Shown here piece by piece: positions 1-5,616 of a stretch of DNA of 5,616 nt (within the stretch, counting starts at the first letter, position 1; each line of letters begins with the position of its first letter). The DNA comes from Paraspadella gotoi (taxonomy: Eukaryota > Animalia > Chaetognatha), in the NCBI GenBank assembly GCA_051294375.1, contig JBJCIZ010001623.1:1-5616 (forward strand). The letters are read 5' to 3'. The notes beneath the pieces were generated by a model. The model did no database searches and was not told the origin of the DNA. It saw only the letters and a program-made list of their open reading frames with translations. A program made the translations under genes and the position numbers.

Positions 1-2
1 TA

Positions 3-233
3 TTTATTTATTACTTCATCTAATTTGAACCGAAAAACATGCGGTATTTGTTTTTGGTGATGAAAATCTCCTTGTGAGCAGAGTTTGGATGTTGTTGAAA
101 AACCGAAAAAAGAGAGGCTTGGCAATGTATAATATCGTGGAAGGACCGTGTGAGCATCCTGAAGGATCACATCATATGTTGGATATTCGGGTCGATTCCG
201 GAGGTCGAGACGGGCCAAAAAATAAAAGTAATT
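3..233 (-). other. Candidate coding exon fragment, unidentified; open frame runs off the window edge
   Basis: Bases ~40-216 are visibly more GC-balanced than the AT-rich flanks. One minus frame is stop-free from 233 to the window start (..ARLDLRNRPEYPTYDVILQDAHTVLPRYYTLPSLSFFGFSTTSKLCSQGDFHHQKQIPHVFRFKLDEVINK). A plus frame is also open at 29-244, so the strand is uncertain. No recognisable domain. Confidence 0.2.
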
Positions 234-1104
234 TCATACATTAGAGATTAAAACTTTCTTTATTTATTTTTTTAATTTCTTTAAATATCGTTATTATTCT
301 TAACTTCAGCCTTCAGCATTTTTTTTCATCAAGTAAAAGATCATTTAAAAACATTTGCCCCAAGACATTTTCTAAAAGTTACTCTTACTAATCAGTTAAT
401 AAAAATCAGTTTATTGACTTTTATATTTTTTCTCTATTTGTATCTCATAATGTCTCTTTTGGACTTTTCTTTATATCTCTCTCCTCTCTCTTCTCTCTTT
501 TTCCCTCTCATTATTCCATTATCGGCAAAAAATGTAAATATCTTTCTTCCTTTTTCAACTATTTTTCTCCTCATTTTTTCGCTCAAAGAGAGAAACATTT
601 CCATTCTTCACGAAAAACAAAACATGCCAATTTTTGCGTTTTCCCTTAAGCTCATTTGCCAATATTCGGCGGATCTACAATAACTATAACCGCGTCGCGA
701 ATACGGGGGAGACGCATTTTTTTTTGTTTTTATACGTCCGGACATCCGGCATGTAATAGCAGAGATGGGGAGAATGGAGAGAGAGGAAATAAAGGGGGAG
801 AAAAAATAACAATAAAGAAAAAAGCATAAGAAGAAATCAAAAGATATTAAAGAGGAGAGGTAATTTATCAATTAAAACACTTCATAAAAACATTCTCTAT
901 CGTTGATAGCCAAGCGCAGTAATCAAATTAAATTAACTTTAGAATGGTATTAATCCTGTAAAAAACCCACCATAAGCCTCGTCCAAAGTCTGGGCCTGAG
1001 AGCTTTCCTTAATATATTTTTTTTTAAAACAAGGATAAATTTTTTACTATTTTCATGACTGGAACAATGTCAGAAATAGAATGAAACTTAACAAAATAAG
1101 TTGA

Positions 1105-1530
1105 TTAATGAAAGAAAATCAAAAGGTAGTTTTTCAATGATTCACAATAAAATCGAAAGTGGACGAGGACCCCACCTGGTGGCCGATCAATTGAATATTG
1201 ACCGAATGAAACGCGGCAAAAGGGGGTCCGCCCCGCCAAGATCGACGAATGACGGCCGCTGACGGCGCGGCCGTCACGAATTTCAGATCCGACGAACTCT
1301 GGCGCGCGACGGGCCGAAAACTCTCGCGCTATTGACCCGACGCCGAAGACGGGTGAAACGGTGTTCCCCGAGGCCGGCGTTGGCCCTCGCACGCCGTCTC
1401 GACGGGGGATACCAGGCCGGAGACGTCCTAAATCGGCGAGGCTGATGAACCCGGGGAGCGGCCGCCGCATTGGATAGACGGAAAAAGAACGCGCCGACTG
1501 GCCGGTTATCGGATCGAGTCCGTCATTCAT
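1105..1530 (-). CDS. Candidate coding exon/ORF in a GC- and CpG-rich island; product unknown, possibly frameshifted
   Basis: This is the longest listed ORF (141 aa) and is not low-complexity. It coincides with a sharply bounded GC-rich island (~1155-1540). On the minus strand it has an upstream pyrimidine tract (TCTTCGTTTTCGTTTCG) and a donor-like CAG|GTGGGG at 1176/1175. The putative acceptor reads CGG rather than CAG. Confidence 0.35.
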   Translation of the reverse strand: MNDGLDPITGQSARSFSVYPMRRPLPGFISLADLGRLRPGIPRRDGVRGPTPASGNTVSPVFGVGSIAREFSARRAPEFVGSEIRDGRAVSGRHSSILAGRTPFCRVSFGQYSIDRPPGGVLVHFRFYCESLKNYLLIFFH

Positions 1531-2075
1531 GTCCGCGAAACGAAAACGAAGATTTTATCCAGTTTTAGGTTTGATTAAAAATTTTGTTTTTTCTTTTTAA
1601 TTTATTTTAAAAATTTGTAAAATCGTTTCAATTTAAGCTCTTTTTTTTATTTAACTTTTGACGACGAACGTTCATTAGTTTTGGCGAAAAATGTATTTTA
1701 TTTATATTAGAGAGACGTAATTGACAAAGATCGTTATTCAAAACATTATTTTGTTTTTTGGATGAAATTAATTTATTAATAATTTCTCCCCCGTAAAAAA
1801 CTCGGGGGCAAATCAAAAACTGGTCAACTTTTTCCAATCCATTTTTGATTCACTCCTCGCTCTATCTCTCTCTCATCTTTCCTGGAGCGAATTTAGTTTT
1901 TGTGGTTTTTGCCCTTCTGTTCGAAGTAATTCCACATTATTAGGGTATTAGGCGATAATCTTAATATCCCAACGTTCAAATAAAAAATTTATCTTTTGTA
2001 TTTCTAAAAAAGGAAAAAAAGGGTTAAATATTTTCGTGAGGAAGACAAAGATGGGATGGAAGAGATTCATTGACC

Positions 2076-2203
2076 GAAGGGAGAGAGAGAGAAGAGAGAG
2101 AGGAAGAGAGAGGAGAGGAGAGAGAGAGAAGAGAGAGAGAGAGAGAGGAGAGGAGAGAGAGAAGAGAGAAAGGAGAGAGAGAGGGAAAAGAGAAGAGAGA
2201 GGG
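2076..2203 (+). repeat. Interrupted (GA)n microsatellite / 128-bp pure polypurine tract
   Basis: No pyrimidine on the + strand from 2076 to 2203; GA units interrupted by GAA/GGA. Confidence 0.95.
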
Positions 2204-2304
2204 TGTCGAAAACCACCCCGCGAGAACAAACAATCGTGATTCGATCACCGAGGGGACAGGCCTTTGGATTCTTGACACACGATCAGGGGTGAAAAATAGG
2301 GTTT

Positions 2305-2645
2305 AAAACTATTTTATTTTATTATTTCTCAGTTTTGATTTTTTATTTATGTTTAATGCTTTATATTTCTTTAAAGATTCTATTTAGCCTTACAAATGAA
2401 TTATAGTATTCTCCGATTTGTTAAACAGTTTTTAAATTAATTTTTTTACTTTTAAACAGTTATTATTTCAATTTATTTAAATCTTGGCAATTTATTTTTT
2501 TTTTAAAAGTTTAAATTCTTTAAAAGAGATTTTTTTGTATATCTTTATTTTATAGATTCTCAATTTTTAGAATTAGTTAAAGTTTAAATATAAATATTAA
2601 TTCCTCTTTAAATATATATGATTACAATATTTTTAAATGATTAAA
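2305..2645. other. Extremely AT-rich low-complexity spacer
   Basis: Dominated by T and A runs with very few G/C; small local duplication TTAAACAGTT at 2421 and 2452. Confidence 0.8.
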
Positions 2646-2854
2646 TCGTCACTTAAATTTCGTATTCCACAGCCCACAAATGGTCAGGGGGAGATTTGGT
2701 TTTCTCTCTTCTCCGTAGTTTTCTTTGGCCCCAGAAGAAAGAAGAAGAGACTTGACTGTACGTATGGGATAAGGAGGAGGGGAGGAGGGAGAAGAGGATA
2801 CGGGAGGAAAAAAAAAAGTAGGGAGTGGGATTTGACAACCAGTGGGGGGAGATT

Positions 2855-2932
2855 GAGAGAGAGAGGGAGAGAGAGAGAAGAGAGAGAAGAGGGAGAAGAG
2901 AGAGAGAAGGAGAAGAGAGAAGGAGAGAGGAG

Positions 2933-2968
<36 letters not shown>
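2855..2968 (+). repeat. Interrupted (GA)n microsatellite / 114-bp pure polypurine tract
   Basis: No pyrimidine from 2855 to 2968, ending in a perfect GA run; preceded by purine-rich sequence from ~2734. Confidence 0.95.
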
Positions 2969-2972
<4 letters not shown>

Positions 2973-3308
2973 TGCAATAGGTTTAGTGGTCAGAAAAGAA
3001 ATTGGCAGGAGGAATGGTCAGGTTAAAGTTTTTGGTTCCTCACGGAAAAAAAAAGGTTTAAAAATTTCTCGACACTTATTAAATATTATTTTTTTTATTC
3101 CAGGTCATCATTGGCATGAAAATTTCCGTAAAAAAAAACGGTATTTCCTCAACAAGGCAAATAGGGGCTCGGTATCCGCTTTTTCTCTGGCGAATAGCCG
3201 CCCTAATATCTATAATTACAACTTTTATTTATATTTTATTATTGATAATTATTAATATTATAAAGAAACTAACGATTAATTCGGTTTCGCGACGTGTAAA
3301 AAGACGAA

Positions 3309-3456
3309 GGGGGGACCGGAGGGGTGGGGGGTGGGGGGGGGGGGGGGGGAGGGGGGGGGGCGGAGGGGGGGGGGGGGGCCGGGGGGGCGAGGGGGGGGGC
3401 GGGGGGGCGGGGGGGTGGGGGGGGGGGGGGGGGGGGGGGCGAAATCGGGGGGGGGG
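3309..3456 (+). repeat. Poly-G tract with G-quadruplex potential (or a sequencing artefact)
   Basis: About 150 bp of G runs separated mostly by 1-3 nt; longest pure runs are G23 (3417-3439) and G17 (3333-3349). Confidence 0.9.
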
Positions 3457-3639
3457 TAAAATATCCTTTTTCCGGAGATAACGAGAAAAAATCTCCAGCC
3501 TACGGAACTAACCCCCACTAACTTGTGTGAAAAAGAGTCAGTTTTTTTCAATCTTGAAATTGAAATCTAACAATTGGATTTTATTTTTTCTCTTTTTTCA
3601 CTTTTCTATGTTTTTTCCTTTCCTCTTCAAATTCCTCTC

Positions 3640-4655
3640 TTTTATTTACCTTACCTTTTCTTTTTCGTCTTCTCTTCCTCTCTTCTCCTATCTCTTTTTT
3701 CTTACTTTCTTCTCTTCTCTCTTTATTTTACTTCTTACTTTCTTTTTCGTCTTCACTTCCTGCACTACTTCCTAACTTTTTTTCATTACTTTCTTTCCTC
3801 TCTTTCATTTTAAACTTACCTTTATTTTTCGTCTTTCACTTTTCCTCCTCTTCCTATCTTTTTTTCAATTACTTTCTCTCTCTTCCATTTAATTTACTTT
3901 CTTTCATCCTTCACTTTCCTCTCATTCCTATCTTTTTCATGTAACTTTTCTCTCTCTCTTTCATTTTAGTTACCTTTCTTTTCTTTCCTCCTCCTTCTTC
4001 TCTTCTATCTTTTTTCTTACTTTCCCCCTCTCTCTTCTGCTCTTTTCATTTTACACTTACTTTTTTTTCGTCTTTAAAAGTTTTCCTCTCTTTCTAATCT
4101 TTTTCATTACTTTTCTCTATCTTTCATTTGTATTTTACCCCTTTCTTTCGTCCTTCACTTTCCTATCTTCTCTATCTTTTGTTCATTACTTTCCTCCTCG
4201 CTTCATTTTAAACTTTACCTTTCTTTTCGTCTTCACTTTCCTCTCTTCCTATCTTTTTCACATTACTTTTTCCTCCTCTCGTCTTCATTTTTACTTACTT
4301 TCTTTTTGTCTTCAACTTTCCTCTCTTTCCTATCTTTTTTTAATTACTTTCCCTCCTCTCTTCATTTTATATTTACCTTTCTCTTTTTGTCTTTTACTTT
4401 TCTCTTCCTATCTTTTCATTATTTCTCTTGCTTCTTCCATTTTACTATACCTTTCTTTTGTCTTTCAACGTTTCCCTCTCTTCCTATCTTTTCATTTATG
4501 TTCCTCCTCTCTCTTTCATTTTACCTTTACCTTTCTTTTCTCTTTACTTTCCTCTCTTCCTAGTCTTTTTATTACTTTTCTCTCTCTTCATTTTTACCCT
4601 TTCTTTTTGTTTTTTCACTTTCCTCTCTTCCTATCTTTTTCATTACTTTCCTCTA
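3640..4655. repeat. Pyrimidine-rich minisatellite, ~78-bp unit, ~13 diverged copies
   Basis: The anchor TT(C/T)GTC(T/C)T and its variants recur at ~3666, 3748, 3830, 3905, 3983, 4069, 4149, 4228, 4307, 4388, 4459, 4540 and 4608 (mean spacing ~78.5). Consensus by eye: CGTCTTCACTTTCCTCTCTTCCTATCTTTTTTCATTACTTTCCTCTCTCTCTTCATTTTAAACTTACCTTTCTTTTT. Confidence 0.9.
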
Positions 4656-4674
4656 TTTTTGGTTCAGTTTTCAG

Positions 4675-4757
4675 CCAGTCCCTTTTTCACACCGGAGTGG
4701 CGCCCACTACTCGACGTCCACTGACCAAATATCGTTTTCTACAAAGGATGCGAACAT
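4675..4757 (+). other. Candidate 83-bp internal exon
   Basis: Acceptor-like TTTTCAG| at 4668-4674 after a long pyrimidine tract and donor-like |GTAAGA at 4758-4763. Composition is balanced. Two frames are open and the third has a single TGA. Confidence 0.3.
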
Positions 4758-4796
4758 GTAAGAGCGATGCGTCGATGCAGGGAATTGTAGTACATT

Positions 4797-4815
4797 CAAT
4801 GTAGCACAATGTAGC
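4797..4815. repeat. Short tandem duplication, CAATGTAGC x2 (10-bp period)
   Basis: CAATGTAGC at 4797-4805 and 4807-4815. Confidence 0.8.
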
Positions 4816-4868
4816 GCGATCAAAATGAATTAAAAGGAGGTTGATTTTAAGTGACACAGTTTTGAATA

Positions 4869-4895
4869 TATAGATCTTATAGATCTTATAGATCT
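4869..4895. repeat. Perfect 9-bp tandem repeat (TATAGATCT)3
   Basis: Copies start at 4869, 4878 and 4887; a related perfect palindrome TAAGATCTTA lies at 4907-4916. Confidence 0.92.
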
Positions 4896-5035
4896 TTCTG
4901 AATAGGTAAGATCTTAATTTTAAGGCTCAGTCCTCCAAGACGGCTTTAAAACGGCTGCTTGTATCATAATCTTTTTCAAAGATTTTTTTCTGAAATGAGT
5001 GCGGATAGATTATTTATGTAATATGACTGATAACA

Positions 5036-5090
5036 AGTAAATATACTCGATATACTGTTAATAATGTCTGTATTCAGACATATATTTACT
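5036..5090. repeat. Nested inverted repeats (stem-loop potential)
   Basis: AGTAAATATA (5036-5045) is the exact reverse complement of TATATTTACT (5081-5090). Inner hairpin TGTCTG-TATT-CAGACA at 5065-5080. Confidence 0.7.
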
Positions 5091-5093
5091 AAC

Positions 5094-5103
5094 TGACTCA
5101 GCA
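5094..5103 (+). promoter_or_regulatory. AP-1 / CNC-Maf (ARE-type) motif match TGACTCAGCA; function unproven
   Basis: Exact TGACTCAGCA, containing the AP-1 site TGACTCA and the ARE core TGACnnnGC. This is a motif match only. Confidence 0.2.
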
Positions 5104-5221
5104 GTGCTCACGACTGACTCCATCCTTACTGTCTCGACTCTATCTCTATCACGCTGACTCTGTCTCTATCAGACCGACTCTGTCTCTATCATTTCGACTC
5201 TTAATATATTGACAAGAGTCG
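5095..5221. repeat. 20-bp phased tandem array (GACTC core) ending in an inverted copy / hairpin
   Basis: GACTC at 5095, 5116, 5136, 5156, 5176 and 5196, and inverted GAGTC at 5216. Three units share GACTCT(G/A)TCTCTATCA. CGACTCTT (5195-5202) pairs with AAGAGTCG (5214-5221). Confidence 0.85.
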
Positions 5222-5251
5222 TTTCCCTCGTCATCCTCTCAAGATGCGGGA

Positions 5252-5287
<36 letters not shown>
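5252..5287. repeat. Perfect trinucleotide microsatellite (GAC)12
   Basis: 36 bp of uninterrupted GAC. Confidence 0.97.
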
Positions 5288-5521
5288 ATTTTGCATCTCC
5301 TTCGGAATTCAAGGGAGGGGGGGGGAACGAAACGACAGAGGGCGTTGAATTACGATGGGTTCGAAATCCCTGGGACGATTAATGCCCCCACATGGTCGAT
5401 CCTAGTCGAAAGTTGTCGTCGTTGTTGTCGTTGCGTGATATGCAGGTAGCGATGGTCTGGACTTTGCAGAGGCCAAGTTGATCGCCGACGATGGTTCGAT
5501 GCGGGCTTTGAAGCTTTTTGA

Positions 5522-5522
5522 G

Positions 5523-5555
<33 letters not shown>
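5522..5555. repeat. Compound microsatellite (GT)4(GA)13
   Basis: GT x4 at 5522-5529 directly followed by GA x13 at 5530-5555. Confidence 0.95.
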
Positions 5556-5588
5556 AAGATAAAAATACCTTTTTTCCTACTGTTTCAC

Positions 5589-5616
5589 TATTATTATTTA
5601 TTATTATTATTCATTA
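5589..5616. repeat. Imperfect (TTA)n microsatellite at the window edge
   Basis: TATTATTATTTATTATTATTATTCATTA. Confidence 0.75.

Noticed and set aside
681-690. TAACTATAAC, matching the start of the I-CeuI site in 23S rRNA
   Set aside because: Only 10 bp match; the following sequence is not GGTCCTAAGGTAGCGA and there is no rRNA context.
414-871. ORFs 414-683 (+) and 608-871 (-)
   Set aside because: F/L/S/I-rich translations of T/C-rich low-complexity DNA, non-ATG starts, no domain.
1764-1808. Two small hairpins (GAAATTA/TAATTTC and CCCCCG/CGGGGG) resembling a terminator
   Set aside because: Stems of 6-7 bp are expected by chance, and there is no prokaryotic gene context.
1628-1837. 69-aa minus-strand ORF
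   Set aside because: AT-rich, K/N-biased, TTG start, no supporting signal.
1940-1953. TTAGGG and TTAGGC telomere-like hexamers
   Set aside because: One copy each, not a tandem array.
2214-2291. tRNA-sized segment with short inverted repeats (CACCCC/GGGGTG, ATCGTG/CACGAT)
   Set aside because: No cloverleaf and no correctly placed T-loop GTTCRA or A/B boxes.
1948-3026. ORFs with ER/RE or LS repeats (1948-2306 and 2637-3026 groups)
   Set aside because: Direct translations of GA/TC microsatellites, which lack stop codons in all frames.
2968-3551. ORF 2968-3255 and the poly-Gly / poly-Pro ORFs (formin- or extensin-like look)
   Set aside because: The Gly/Pro runs come from the G tract, open in several frames at once, and flanking residues are AT-rich noise.
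3527-4724. F/L/S-rich ORFs resembling membrane proteins
   Set aside because: Translations of the pyrimidine-rich minisatellite.
5023-5066. SECIS-like start (ATGAC, 11 nt, AAA) downstream of the TGA-containing frame
   Set aside because: The 3' GA of the non-Watson-Crick quartet is absent at the required position and helix II is poor.
5136-5200. CRISPR-like repeat-spacer pattern
   Set aside because: A 16-bp repeat with 4-bp variable gaps is far below CRISPR dimensions, there are no cas genes, and the context looks eukaryotic.

Overview
AT-rich, low-complexity, probably eukaryotic (intronic or intergenic) DNA in which CpG is not obviously depleted. I see no prokaryote-like gene organisation, RNA gene, CRISPR array or recognisable transposase. 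Most listed ORFs are by-products of GA-, CT- or G-rich tracts. Well-supported features are repeats: two pure-purine GA tracts (2076-2203, 2855-2968), a ~150-bp G tract (3309-3456), a ~78-bp minisatellite of ~13 copies (~3640-4655), (TATAGATCT)3, a 20-bp phased GACTC array ending in an inverted copy (5095-5221), (GAC)12 and (GT)4(GA)13. Several GC-richer islands (about 3-233, 1176-1532, 4675-4757, 5213-5449) could be exons, but I cannot identify their products. The left and middle of the window look like error-prone sequence. No new biological system can be claimed. The best leads are the hairpin plus 20-bp array module at 5036-5221 and the internal structure of the minisatellite.
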